A stretch of 64,000 bases of DNA from Octopus vulgaris (lineage: Eukaryota), in contig OX597826.1 in the NCBI GenBank assembly GCA_951406725.2, positions 33,666,001 to 33,730,000 on the forward strand, written 5' to 3'. Made by a program: the position numbers and the translations under genes. Positions 40,546 to 53,025 of the stretch are shown here, piece by piece (the stretch's first letter is position 1; each line of letters starts with the position of its first letter). Below the pieces are notes generated by a model. It saw only the letters and a list, made by a program, of their open reading frames with translations. It searched no databases and was not told where the DNA came from.

Positions 40546-40740
40546 AATGATAATCATAATAATAATAATCCTTTCTACTGTAGGTACTAGGCCTGAAATT
40601 TTTTGAGAAGGGGCAACTGGTACTTAATTTATCGACCCCAAAAGAATGAAAAGCAAAGTGGACCTTGACAAAATTTGAACCCAGAACATAGCGACGGGTG
40701 AAATACTGCTAAGCATTTCATCCAGCGTGCTCGCCACCTT
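40135..40740 (-). mobile_element. SINE family B tandem copies within (AAT)n
   Basis: aaggatgaaaggcaaagtcaaccttggtggaatttgaactcagaac and related copies. Confidence 0.8.
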
Positions 40741-40762
40741 AATAATAATAATAATAATAATG

Positions 40763-40805
<43 letters not shown>

Positions 40806-40894
40806 TAATAATAATAATAATAATAAATATAATAATAATAATGATGATGATAATATTAATAAAAATAATGATGATGATAATGATGATGATAATG

Positions 40895-40940
<46 letters not shown>

Positions 40941-41935
40941 TAATAATAATAACATCACAAACTACAAGAACTAATAATATTGCTGCTGTTGTTGTTGCTA
41001 CTGTGGTGGGTGTTGCTGCTGCTGCTACTCTTTGTACTGTTTCTCTCTTCTCCATTTCCCTCAGCGTCACTGAGTCAGAAGACGTAAGTCATATGTCAGC
41101 CCCATCACTCAATTTGATGACATATTTTCTTAATTCCTCTGCCAGATTTCTGATATAAACCAAACAATTCCAAGTTTACAAAATTTGGTAAGGGAAAGAT
41201 GTGCGGTGAAGAGGGAGGAGGGAAAAAAATCTGGTTTTTATTATTGGAACGGTTCATGCCATTGCAAACCATTATTTCAAGACTTCTTGAAATTTAGATT
41301 CTTATTTGATACACGTCACCTCTTTTTGGTTGAGCGGCGTACATAGGGAATAGTTTCTTTTCCTTAACCGTTATATCTGATGTGAATTAGCTCCGGCAAA
41401 AGAGCAAAAAGGAATCTAACTTCCTATCTATTGTGCTTATATACATTCATCCACACACACACACACACACATGCATATACATACATATATGTGCATGCGT
41501 GTCTGAGCGTCCAATAATACTATACTTATTCCACATCCTCGCGTTGTTGTGTTTTCTCCTTGTGTTTTCATGTTTGGATTAACTATATATATATATGTAT
41601 GTGTGTGTGTATGTGTGTGAGTATGTATCTATATACACACTGATATATATAGGTATATATACACACACACACACATACACTTATGAGTCTATGTATGTAA
41701 TCTGAGTAAGTTTGTTCCATTAAAATATATTTATACTTAATTTTTAATCATTTAAATATTATAAGCTTGCCTTCTCGTTTTTTCATGTACACATGTATAT
41801 ATATTTTGTACATTTAAACCCAAGGTCTTTATCTGTTTATTTGAATTATTGTCTACAATTATATATGTGTGTGCTTGTAACGATATATATGGCAAGTGAA
41901 AGACGGAAGATGGAATAAATGAGAATTTATTATTA

Positions 41936-42041
41936 ATCCCGACAATTGTTTCAATACATCTAGCATCAATTCCTCCTGGGTGGGGCACTCAACAACTGGT
42001 CCAGGAGCATCTGGCAGTGCAGATGTATCTTGTCAGGTGAT
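41936..42041 (-). ncRNA. HHR with long stem II
   Basis: atcac CTGACAA gatacatct...agatgtatt GAAA caattg TC gggat. Confidence 0.6.
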
Positions 42042-43317
42042 AAATAAATATATTCAGTTATACCCCTTATCAAAATTTTTGATGTCTAGTTTACTGTTAC
42101 ACTCCTGAATCCTTACTGTAACCATTTTATCTAAAGAAGGAGAGCCCAGACAGAGCTCAGATTGTTCAGGAAATGAGTCATGTAATATAGAAATATTTAC
42201 AAAACCAAAAGTTGACATCCTGGATGCATTTAACACACACATTTCTAGAATTTTTGTAAGATAACATTTATGAAATTATATCTTCTTCAGTCAACATTTC
42301 AAAATATACATGGTAATTAAAAAATTTACTCTGTCTCTAAAACTCAAAGTCATAGAAAATCCATAGGAAAACAAAGCAAAACTCAAACACAGTAATGAAT
42401 AAATGGACACAAATATTTATTTTGTGTGCGCTTGATTACACTAGTGACTAATTAGAGCTTCTACAATTAATCTATATTATGGCATTGAGTAATTTTTTGT
42501 GAGTTTGTTAAAGCTATCACAGTATGTACTTACATATATACACATATATGTGCATGTGTGTGTGTTTGTGTAAATGTATGTGTGTATGTGCGCAGTTTGA
42601 CAGAACAGTGAAACTTCATAGTCACTACTTTATAAAACTACAGTAAATATTAAAATCTACTCAGTGTTCACTGATTTTGTATTTCTTTGAAACACCGATT
42701 TCTCAATATCTGAAAATACCTTTAGTATGCATCTTTAGAGATGTTAGCTTATATATATTTATACACATATATATATCTGTGTGTGTGTGTGTGTATGCAT
42801 GTGTGTGTGTGTGTATGCATGTGTGCATGCATAGATGCATGTATACTTGTATGTAAACATAAAACACGTACATATACATATATTCATATATAATACATAT
42901 AAATGGATTATATACATACTTGCATCTATATATATATATGTACATATAAATAAGTATGTGCATATATATATATTTACACATATATAAAGGCATGCAAACA
43001 GACATATATATATATATACACATATATAAAGGCATGGCAAACAGACATATTTATATATATATCATCATCATCATCATCATCATCGTTTAACGTCCGTTTT
43101 CTGCGCTAGCACGGGTTGGACATATATACATATATATTAAGCAGTGTATACTCAAATATATTTTTTATCTCTGACCAGAAATTAAAGGGGTTTGTGTAAA
43201 ATATTAATGGAAAAGAGGAAATTCTACACTTCTGTGTTGAATTGAGTCTACATATGAAAGTAATCAACAAAGAATCAATTTCAGTGAAGGAAAGAAATTA
43301 CATATATATCATGTTTG

Positions 43318-43402
43318 ACACTCTGATGGAACTGTAAGGTGTTAATCCAGCACTCAACAATGAGACCATCACATCTTATAGTGAAAAACAGCCGTAAGAA
43401 GT
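43318..43402 (+). ncRNA. Degenerate HHR
   Basis: ct CTGATGG a actgtaag...cttatagt GAAA aacagccg TA ag. Confidence 0.4.
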
Positions 43403-43488
43403 TCATAAGATAATCATTTTCTTCCTTTGTCATCTCTGTTCTCATATGTATGTATATCTATGTATATGTATATATATGTGTGTATATT

Positions 43489-43530
<42 letters not shown>

Positions 43531-43689
43531 TACACACACATATATATATATATAGGAAGGGCGTCAAGCTGTAGGAGCCATGCCAAATCAAATTGGAGTC
43601 TGGTGCAACCTTCCAGATTGCCAGCCTTGGTTAAACTGTTCAACTCATGCCAGCATGGCCAATGGAACATTAAATGATGATGATGATAT

Positions 43690-44070
43690 AGTAGCTGTGT
43701 GGTAAGTAGCTTGCTAACCAACCACATGGTTCCGGGTTCAGTCCCACTGCGTGGACATCATGGGCAAGTGTCTTCTGCTATAGCTCCGGGCCGACCAATG
43801 CCTTTGTGAGTGGATTTGGTAGACAGAAACTGAAAGAAGCCTGTCGTATATATATATATATATATATATATGTTTGTGTGTTTGTCCTCCTAGCATTGCT
43901 TGACAACCAATGCTAGTGTGTTTACGTCCCCGTCACTTAGCGGTTCGGTAAAAAGAAACCGATAGAATAAGTACTTGGCTTACAAAGAATAAGTCCCGGG
44001 GTCGATTTGCTCGACTAAGGGCAGTGCTCCAGCATGGCCGCAGTCAAAATGACTGAAACAAGTAGAAAAA
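43690..44070 (+). mobile_element. SINE family A, near-consensus copy
   Basis: tRNA-like head (gctgtgtggtaag, gggttcagtccc), internal TA/TG tract, tail gaaacaagta. Confidence 0.9.
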
Positions 44071-45293
44071 AAAATATATATATATATATATATAGGGAGA
44101 GAAAGAGAGAGGGAGAGAGAGAGATAGAGAGAGACATACCTATACATACACATACTTACACATATATGTACATATATATATTTAGATGCAGGTATATATA
44201 TAAATCCATTTATATGTATTATATATTCACATATATATATTTATATATGTATGTATGTGTTTTATGTGTACATACAAGTATGCATGCATCTATTCACACA
44301 CATACACACACACACACATATACAGAGAGAGAGAGAGAAAGTGAGAGAGAGACAGTGAAAGATAGATACTATACGTATGCAAGTGATTGAAATGTGTTGT
44401 GTAACAAGAGAGCGACAAGCAAAGTTGCGTAACTCTATCAACATCATTTAAACAGAATGAAGTAGACCAAATGTAATTTTGTTGTCAGTTATAATATAAA
44501 TATTGACTAACACTATTTTCCATGAAACTAGATCGGGTAACTCTTCATTCAACGAACCTTTTACCTTTTTTTCACACTCGACACACAGCTCATATTACTG
44601 TTGATGTTGTTGATGACGAAAATGATGAAGAGGTTGTTAATGGTGTCGGTATTATCATTGTTATTGTTGTTGTTGTTGTTGTTGCAGCAGATTAACATGT
44701 TAAACTCTACAGAGCTAAGTATTTCAAATGTATTTATCCTCCTTCTAACCATTTTTAGGCAACAGGCAATTCTCACGGGAGTCAAAAGCCATATAATCGA
44801 CTTACAATTGCTGCTGTGAATGGTTGTTGGTGCTGTTATATGTTGCTGATGTTTAGTAGCACCAGATCAGCCTTTATAGAGTCAAGCTTTGATCAAAGGA
44901 ACTCCATCCATGGCCACCCAAGATGTGAGAGTCGTATGGGGAACTTAGATCAGAGGATGGAATTGTTCTCAAACACATCACAAAACAATTTAATGTGTAT
45001 AAAAACCTTTATGCAACACTTTGAGCATGAAATCAAAAAAGGTGTGTGTGTGTATATATACACACACACGTGCATGAATATATATATATGCACATGTATG
45101 TATGTATGTCATTATTCAGTTTTATTTCAAGATTTCTTGCTAATAGAGAAAGAGTCTGTTTCTAATCTAGATCCAAAGCTCCTTCATTGGAATTTCAATA
45201 TCAACAGCAGGATGTTTTTGTATGTATGTATGTATGTATGTATGTATGTATGTATGTATGTATGTATGTATGCATGCATATATCTATGTGTGT

Positions 45294-45680
45294 AGGCGTA
45301 GGAGTGATTGTGTGGTAAGTAGCTTGCTTACCAACAACAGGGTTCCAGGTTCAGTCCCAGTGCATGGCATCTTGGGTAAGTGTCTTCAACTATGGCCTCA
45401 GGCCATAGGAGTGGATTTGGTAGGCAGAAACTGAAAGAAGCCCGTCGTATATATGAATATATATATATATATGTTTGTATGTCTGTGTTTGTCCCCTCCA
45501 ACATTGCTTGACAACCGATGCTGGTGTGTTTAAGTCCCCGTAACTTAGAAGTTTGGCAAAAAGGACCAAAGAATAAGTACTAGGCTTACAAAGAATAAGT
45601 TCTAGGGTCGATTTCTTCAACTACAGGCAGTGCTCCAGCATGGCCACAGTGAAATGACTGAAACAAATAAAAGAATAAAA

Positions 45681-45683
<3 letters not shown>
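45294..45683 (+). mobile_element. SINE family A
   Basis: Full head-to-tail match to 43690-44070. Confidence 0.85.
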
Positions 45684-45725
<42 letters not shown>

Positions 45726-46399
45726 TTTATAAATATATGTAATAGAATGACTAAAAAGTTTTAATTACTTATTAATTACTTACTTTTTTAATCAATAAGT
45801 GAAAGATAGTCTTGAACAAAGCATATGACCTTAATTTATTTTAATTACATTTTCTTTGTTTCAGCATGTTTTGAATAAAACTGATGCCTATCTCATTTTG
45901 AGTTTGTAATTTTATATTTTTAAACATAATTTTATCATTTCAGCAGCAGATGTGTGTGTGTGAGATATATGTGTATGTGTGTGTGTGTCTGTGTGTCTGT
46001 ATGTGTGTGTGTGCGTGTGTGTGTATGAGTTTGTGTGTGTGTGTATGTGTGTGTGTGCCAATGCCTGTCTCCTACCAGCATTTGACAATTAGTGTCAGCT
46101 TGCTTATTTTCTGTAACTTAGCAGTTTGGCAAAAAGAAACCAATAGAATAAGTACCAGATTTTTAAAAGAAATTTACTGTGGTTAATGTGTTTAGCTAAA
46201 CCCTTCATGGAGTCGCCCCAGCAAGACAGCATTCTGATAACGGATATCTGAAACAAAAACAGCTAACATCACATTATGGTATGACTGCTATGAAACAAGG
46301 GTTTTCTACACTTAAAGAATTCTAGCATTGGCTTGGAACCTGACTGCGTTGGTGGCTTCGTATATGGGTTGAGTGCTTCTCTGGAAATACCCAACCTTT

Positions 46400-46665
46400 A
46401 CACCCTACACAGCAGTGAAACATGGGCTGTGACTGTTGAGGACATGCATTGGCTTGAAAGAAATGAAGCTAGTGTGCATACACGACAGATTGTAAGTGCC
46501 CTAGGAAGGGCACCCAGTTGTAGAAACCTTGCAATATATATGGTTGGAGCCTGGTGCAGCCTCCCAGCCTACTAGTTCTCAGTCAAACTGTCCAGCCTAT
46601 GCCAGCACTGAAAACGGTCGTTAAATGACGACGATGATGACGACAATGATGATGATGATGATGAT
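46400..46665 (+). mobile_element. RTE-clade LINE fragment plus 3' tail
   Basis: LHSSETWAVTVEDMHWLERNEAS resembles the RTE (Y/H)GSETW motif; RTE-type tail ending (GAT)n. Confidence 0.65.
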
Positions 46666-47160
46666 ATATATATATATATATATATATGATATTATTTGTG
46701 ACTGTGTATGTGCAGGATCATAGGTTTTCTTACTTGCACATGTTAATGTATAAAAAGATAAATTAAAAAACACCCTCGCAGTCTTTAGGAGGATGTATTT
46801 ACATTAACTTAACTGGTTTAATGATTTCACAATTTTCAAAAGTCGTGTGAGATGGAGACATAGCAGCGATGCTACAACCAAATCAAGGCAATTACAGCTC
46901 AGCTTCGGATCCTTTCATCTCACACTAAATGGTAAAAATTATGAAACAGGGAAAATGGTAATGGTTAGGTTAATGTAAAGAAATCTTTTTAAGGTTGAAT
47001 TATAAAATTCATTTTATTATATCATGCATATACATACACACACACACCCACGCACACGCACACATATATATATATAGAAGTGGCTGTGTGGTAAGTAGTT
47101 TGCTTACCAACCACATGGTTCCAGGTTCAGTCCCACTGCATGGCACCTTGGCGATTAGTG

Positions 47161-47217
47161 GAACCTGGGTTCTCATTCCTAAGGTATTTTCTGATGTTGT
47201 TATTGTTATTGTTATTA

Positions 47218-47260
<43 letters not shown>

Positions 47261-47522
47261 AGTCACTAGTTGGAGTTTGCTTCCAGGCAGTGACCTGAAT
47301 GATAATAATAATAATAATAATAATACTAACACTGATATACTCTCCAGCCTTCATTAGGAATGAGAACCCAGGTTCGAAATTACCCCAAGACACCTGATTA
47401 AGGCTGGAGGGTATATCAGCCGAAACATTGTGTTAACAACAAACAAGATGAGGACAAATATCCGTCAAATGTAAATAATGTAAATAATGTACATAATTTC
47501 TCATCTCTTAAATATAGAATTA
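47161..47522. mobile_element. Rearranged (multiply inverted) tRNA/HHR SINE; HHR at about 47389-47444 (+)
   Basis: Segments alternate -/+/-/+; gacac CTGATTA aggctg..cagcc GAAA ca TT gtgtt. Confidence 0.7.
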
Positions 47523-47717
47523 TATTTACCATATTTTAAAATGGCTGAAGACTTTTGTATGGTGCTGTATACATACTGCTCACGTTCTTCCTCTTATCCC
47601 TTTCCTCACTTACATAAACTCCTCTGAAATCTACTATTCCGAGCTTCTCCCGGCAGCTTTTCCAGATCAGAATTACTCACGCACACACACACACACACAC
47701 ACATACACACACACACG

Positions 47718-47763
<46 letters not shown>

Positions 47764-47788
47764 TGCACACACGCACGCACACACACAC

Positions 47789-47825
<37 letters not shown>

Positions 47826-48417
47826 GATATTATTTTCTCATGTAACTCTCAGAGTAATTTTCATTAATTGAAATTTTTGGCCCCATAAACATTAAAAAAT
47901 GTTAATGGCCTTCTTTATTACATTTGTAACTTTGTTTTTGTACTGGTATGTATAGAACGAATGGCTAAGGTAAGGGTTTACAGATCTTTCCGCATCACTT
48001 AGGATGTAAATGAGCCTCTAATTATGAAAGATTAAAATAAAGCACTTTATCTCACAAATATTTTATCAAGCAACCCCAACACACACACACACACACACAC
48101 ATACACACACACACACACACACACATACACACACATACACATGCACATACACAGACTGTGCTGTTTCATAAAAATGAGCATATCAAATTATGTACACATT
48201 ATCTTCATAAATATATATGTATATTTGGGTTCTGTATGTTTTTATAAAACTTACAATCTCATCATCGCCATCATCATCATCATCATCGTCGTCATGGATC
48301 ATCCATCATTATCATCCATCATCATCGTCCATCATTATCATCATCGTCGTCGTCATCGTCGCCGTCATCGTCATCATCATCATCGTCGTCATCGTCATCA
48401 TCTTCATCATCACCGTG

Positions 48418-48450
<33 letters not shown>

Positions 48451-48688
48451 ATCGTCGTCATCATCATCATCATTGTCGTCGTCGTCGTCGTCATCATCAT
48501 CATCACTGTCGTCATCGTCGTCATCATCATCATCATCATTTTAACGTCCACTTTCCCATGCTTGCATTGATTGGATGGAGTTAATTGAGGCAGGTTTTCT
48601 GTAAACAGGTGCCCCCTATCCCACACACCCCTGTCACCAACCCTTACAAGTTCCCAAACAAAGTAATATTTCAGTTCTATGGGAACTG

Positions 48689-48844
48689 TTCAGAAGGCCT
48701 CCAGGAAAGCGAAACGACCCATATTATGTGACGAAATCAGTGAAGTTTGGTGGGGGTAAGAGTCTCATGCTTTGGGGAAACATAAAAAGTGATGGTTCGA
48801 GAAAGTTGATAAAAATTGATGGTGAGTTGAATAGTGCTAAATAT
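48689..48844 (+). pseudogene. Tc1-family transposase fragment
   Basis: RRPPGKRNDPYYVTKSVKFGGGKSLMLWGNIKSDGSRKLIKIDGELNSAKY matches the Tc1 VK(H/F)GGG-S-M-WG...IDG-LNS--Y block. Confidence 0.8.
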
Positions 48845-48909
48845 GGCATAGTGTTTAAGAGCGCAGGCTACTAACTCCATGACTCAGAGTTCAATTCCAG
48901 GCAGTGACC

Positions 48910-48967
<58 letters not shown>

Positions 48968-49113
48968 CATCAAAAAATACTTAGGAATGAGAACCCAGGT
49001 TCGAAATTTCCCCCCAAGACACCTGAAGAAGACTGGAGGGTATATCACCTGAAGCATTGTGTTAACAACAAACAAGATGAGGACAAATATCCGTCAAATG
49101 TAAATAATGTAAA
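48844..49113 (+). mobile_element. tRNA-headed SINE with an internal (AAT)n and an HHR-containing tail
   Basis: A box tggcatagtg, B box gagttcaattcc, (AAT)n, then gacac CTGAAGA agactg..cacct GAAG ca TT gtgtt, ending aatgtaaataatgtaaata. Confidence 0.7.
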
Positions 49114-49287
49114 TATTTTTTCATTGCACAGTATGTTTCCACAGAACCTAGGAAGAGAGTGGCATTCATTTACAAATAATATGGGATGTCAAGACAAGGA
49201 GACACAAGCATACACACACTCTCTCTCCCTCTCTCTCACACACACACGCACACATGCACACATAGATGGATAAGCAGATTGATAGAT

Positions 49288-49338
<51 letters not shown>

Positions 49339-49344
49339 GGGGAT

Positions 49345-49630
49345 GATGTATTTGGGGATGATCATGTTGCTAGGTTAGCCAATAAAATCACACGCACTAT
49401 ATATTTGGTGACAAAATGGCTGATCATTAGTAAGGAAAGACACACAAAAACACAAAAAAGAAAGAAGAAAGCAAAGGACCATTGATGAGGTCACAGAAGT
49501 GTGACGAAAAACTCTGGCTGAAATACGATTAACTTAGAATAAAGCTGAAGCAAGTGAACACCAAATATATAGTGTGTGTGTCTTCACTGGATAAACTGGC
49601 AACATGAACATCCCCGAATACAACAATATC
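49345..49630 (+). mobile_element. HHR-bearing element with inverted 5' end (HHR 49479-49517)
   Basis: cca TTGATGA g-gtcaca-gaag-tgtgac GAAA aac TC tgg; 49345-49410 is an inverted copy of about 49558-49625. Confidence 0.65.
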
Positions 49631-49710
49631 TGTCTCAACACATGAATTCACATCAAGAATCTTGCAAAACGAATATATAAACGTATATATATATACATAT
49701 ATATATAAAC

Positions 49711-49935
49711 AATTGCAACGTGGAAGGTGCTGCAGCACAAAGCTTTGTCAGTGAACAGGTCGCGGTCTCAAAGCGACGAAAATATTTTGATAAATTAAAT
49801 TTAAATGTTGAAGTGAATCTAACGGTTTTATGTGTTTCTTAAATGGCTTATAAATACCTTCCATGCTGCAATTATTTTCGTTCCAGCACACGATCTCAGA
49901 TCAAGTCACTTGCTATGCAAGTACATCTCCGTAAA
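49711..49935 (+). mobile_element. HHR-bearing element with short inverted 5' end (degenerate HHR 49744-49794)
   Basis: tttgtca GTGAACA g-gtcgc..gcgac GAAA atat TT tgataaa; aattgcaacgtggaaggt is inverted to accttccatgctgcaatt. Confidence 0.5.
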
Positions 49936-49974
49936 ATATATATATATATAAATATATATATGCATACATGATAA

Positions 49975-50550
49975 AAATTGGGTATATAAGGCATCATATG
50001 TAGTGTGCAAGAGAGAAGATTGTGACATTATGGCCATGCAATGTGTATGGATGAGGATAGCTGCATCAAGAAGCGGAAATGTCTAATTGCAGAGGGAACT
50101 TGTGGAAGGGGTAGACTCAGGAAGATGTAGGATGAAGTGATGAAGGAGCATCTTCAGATGCTGGGAATCACAGAGGTGACAAGGAACCAAGGCTTTTGGC
50201 GGTTTATTGTTCCCTAGAAGACAACTCAAGCTAAGTAAAGTTCTGGCTGTCTTCTTCATCCCTCACTCAGCTGGGGGGTTCCCAGTCCTGTGGGCTGATG
50301 GGTGCTGGTGCTATATAAAAGTACTGGTGCATGTGCCATGTTAAGGCACCTGTGCCAGTATCACATAAACAATATCTGTGACAGTGGCACATAAAAGTAC
50401 CCAGTGCACTCTGTAAAGTGGTTGGCATCAGGAAGAGCATCCAGTTGTAGAAATCATGCCATAACAGACAAATGAGGCCTGGGCAGTTCTTCAGTGGGTC
50501 AGCTCCTGTCAAACCATCCAGCCACTGATGGACATTTGATGATGATGATA
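49975..50550 (+). mobile_element. RTE-clade LINE 3' end, decayed
   Basis: VQERRL*HYGHAMCMDEDSCIKK...EGTCGRGRLRKM*DEV resembles RL-W-GH...GRGRP; followed by the RTE-type tail and (GAT)n. Confidence 0.75.
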
Positions 50551-50561
50551 TACACCCAAGC

Positions 50562-50626
<65 letters not shown>

Positions 50627-50992
50627 TGGTGGTCCAGCATGGCTGCAGTCAAAGGACTGAAGCAAGTAAAAGAATAAAAGAATAGAAGATTAAAAAATTG
50701 TATTTGGTTTGCAAGATTCTTGATGTGAATTTGTGTGTTGAAACAAATCTTGTGTCTTGGGAAGGTAATTTGGCCAATAATAATAACAACATATACACAG
50801 GGCCAATGTCACTTTTTGTAAGTGACATTGACCTAATTAATTAAATATCTAATCAACTAATTAATCAATCATTTGTTTAATCTGATGGTTAAACAATAAA
50901 TTGGATGTTTGTGTGTCAAAGTCCTTTGTTACTATATATGAATAGAAATGAAAGGAAGGAATTTGGCTTACAGAAACTGTGTTGAAGCCCAT

Positions 50993-51040
<48 letters not shown>

Positions 51041-51137
51041 TATGTGGGCACAGAACATCATGAAATATGTACACTCAAAATACGAGAATAGAAACAGCCA
51101 ACAACTGATGAAGAGTCGTATATATATATATATATTT

Positions 51138-51650
51138 AAATAAATGGAGTTTCATGCAGGTATAATTCAAATACTTTTACTTCCGACACATGTTTTGAAG
51201 ATTTCACTGATATTATTCAAAAGAATAATATTATTTTTTCTAAAAATCCCTCATAAACACGGTTATAGAGTGTACATACCGATGTAAACATTGGCAAAAA
51301 CACACCTTTAGTTCATATAAGTTATCTCTATCATTATATATAATTTATACTTTAATTTTCTTTTATATTTAACATTCACTAAAAATATCCCTCCTCTTTC
51401 TATAGGCTACTTCTGATGTTATATCATATAACGTTTTTCAAACAATATTAATAGCATTCAGTAAATCACTATAAATATCCATCATTTTCTGTTAAAATAT
51501 CTTATTTATGAGTTTCATTTCTTCACTTCCCTGAAGAGAAGATCACATTGCTTTATACCATTTATTCTTTCGAATATCAGTGAAATCTTCGAAACATATG
51601 TCAGAAGTAAAGATATTTGAATTGTACCTGCGTTAAACTCCATTTATTTA
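51138..51650 (+). mobile_element. HHR-bearing element with inverted 5' end
   Basis: 51138-51228 is an imperfect inverted repeat of 51562-51650; flanked by (TA)n. Confidence 0.65.
51525..51608 (+). ncRNA. Type I hammerhead ribozyme
   Basis: acttcc CTGAAGA gaagat...atcttc GAAA catatg TC agaagt; canonical core, perfect 6-bp stem II, palindromic stem III, GUC; the inverted copy keeps ggaagt, which restores stem I. Confidence 0.75.
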
Positions 51651-51805
51651 TTTTTATATTATACAAGAAATTCCACATAAACCCGAATTTTCTATCTTTA
51701 AAAACACTGAGTTACAGACTCTTTATTTGTGTGATTTTTTGCTACCCTGGTAACTATTTATCTATTTTTTTCCATGTTAATTGTTAACAAGGGAAAAATA
51801 CACTC

Positions 51806-51845
<40 letters not shown>

Positions 51846-51914
51846 TATACGTATTTATCTATCTATATATATATATATATATATAGTATGTGACCTCATC
51901 TGTATCACTAGGGA

Positions 51915-52092
51915 TTTTTTTTCTCCTGTCTTCCCTTCTCAGGAATCTTTCCTTTTCCTATGTTTCCGACGAAGAGCTCCACTCGAAATGTCAAACCCTC
52001 CTTCTTCCCTTCTTTCCAGAGCGTCCAATAATACTTTATTTGTTCCACGTCCTTGCGTTGTTGTTTTTTTGTTTTTGTTTTCTTTTTTGGAT

Positions 52093-52095
<3 letters not shown>
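51915..52095 (+). mobile_element. PLE pseudo-LTR-like fragment with minimal HHR (51962-51996)
   Basis: gttt CCGACGA a gag-ctcca-ctc GAAA tg TC aaac. Confidence 0.6.
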
Positions 52096-52152
<57 letters not shown>

Positions 52153-52177
52153 CACCTATTTATCTATTTATATATAT

Positions 52178-52361
52178 AGGCGCAGGTGTGACTGTGTGGT
52201 AAGAAGCTTACTTCCCAACCACATGGTCCAGGGTTCGGTCACACTGTGTGACACCTTGAGTAAGTATCTTCTACTACAGCCTCAGACCAACCAAAGTCTT
52301 GTCGGTGGATTTGGTAGACAGAAACTGAAAGAAGCCTGTTGTTTATTTAGATATACATATA

Positions 52362-52393
<32 letters not shown>

Positions 52394-52813
52394 TATCTGT
52401 GTGTCTGTGTTTGTCACCAGCCACCACTCAAGAACTGATGCTGGTGTGTCTATGTCCCTGTAACATAGCAGTTCAGCAAAAGGGACCAATAAAATAAGTA
52501 CTGGGGTTGATTCAATTGACTAAAAATTCTTCAAGGTGCTACCCCAGCATGGTCGCAGACTAATGACTGAAATATGTTTGTATTCCTTTTACTTTCTCTT
52601 CCTTTTTATCTGTTTCAGTCAATTGACTGTGGCCATGCTGGAGCACTGCCTGTTGTCAAACAAATCAACCCCAGAACTTATTCTTTGTAAGCCTTGTACT
52701 TATTCTATTGGTCCCTTTTTGCCGAACTGCTAAGTTACAGATACGTAAACACACCAACACTGGTTGTCAAGCAATGGGAGGACAAACACAAACACACAAA
52801 CATATACACACAA

Positions 52814-52860
<47 letters not shown>

Positions 52861-53025
52861 TATATGATGGGTTTCTTTCAGTTTCCATCTACCAAATCCA
52901 CTCATAAGGCTTTGGTCGGCCCAAGGCTATAGTAGAAAGCACTTTCCCAGTGTGCCATACAATGAGACTGAACCCGGAACCATGTGGTTGGGAAACAAGC
53001 TACTTACCACACAGCTACTCCTGCA
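52178..53025. mobile_element. Tail-to-tail pair of SINE family A copies
   Basis: Plus copy 52178-52575, minus copy 52585-53025. Confidence 0.85.

Noticed and set aside
41065-41083. 19-nt plus-strand micro-exon (ccctcag|cgtcactgagtcagaagac|gtaagt)
   Set aside because: Splice signals are good, but it is not frame-preserving, has no partner exons and overlaps a competing minus-strand candidate.
48844-48905. Functional tRNA genes at SINE heads (also about 7800-7870, 12243 and 43690)
   Set aside because: Only A/B boxes are retained, no complete cloverleaf was seen, and each continues into a repeat body.
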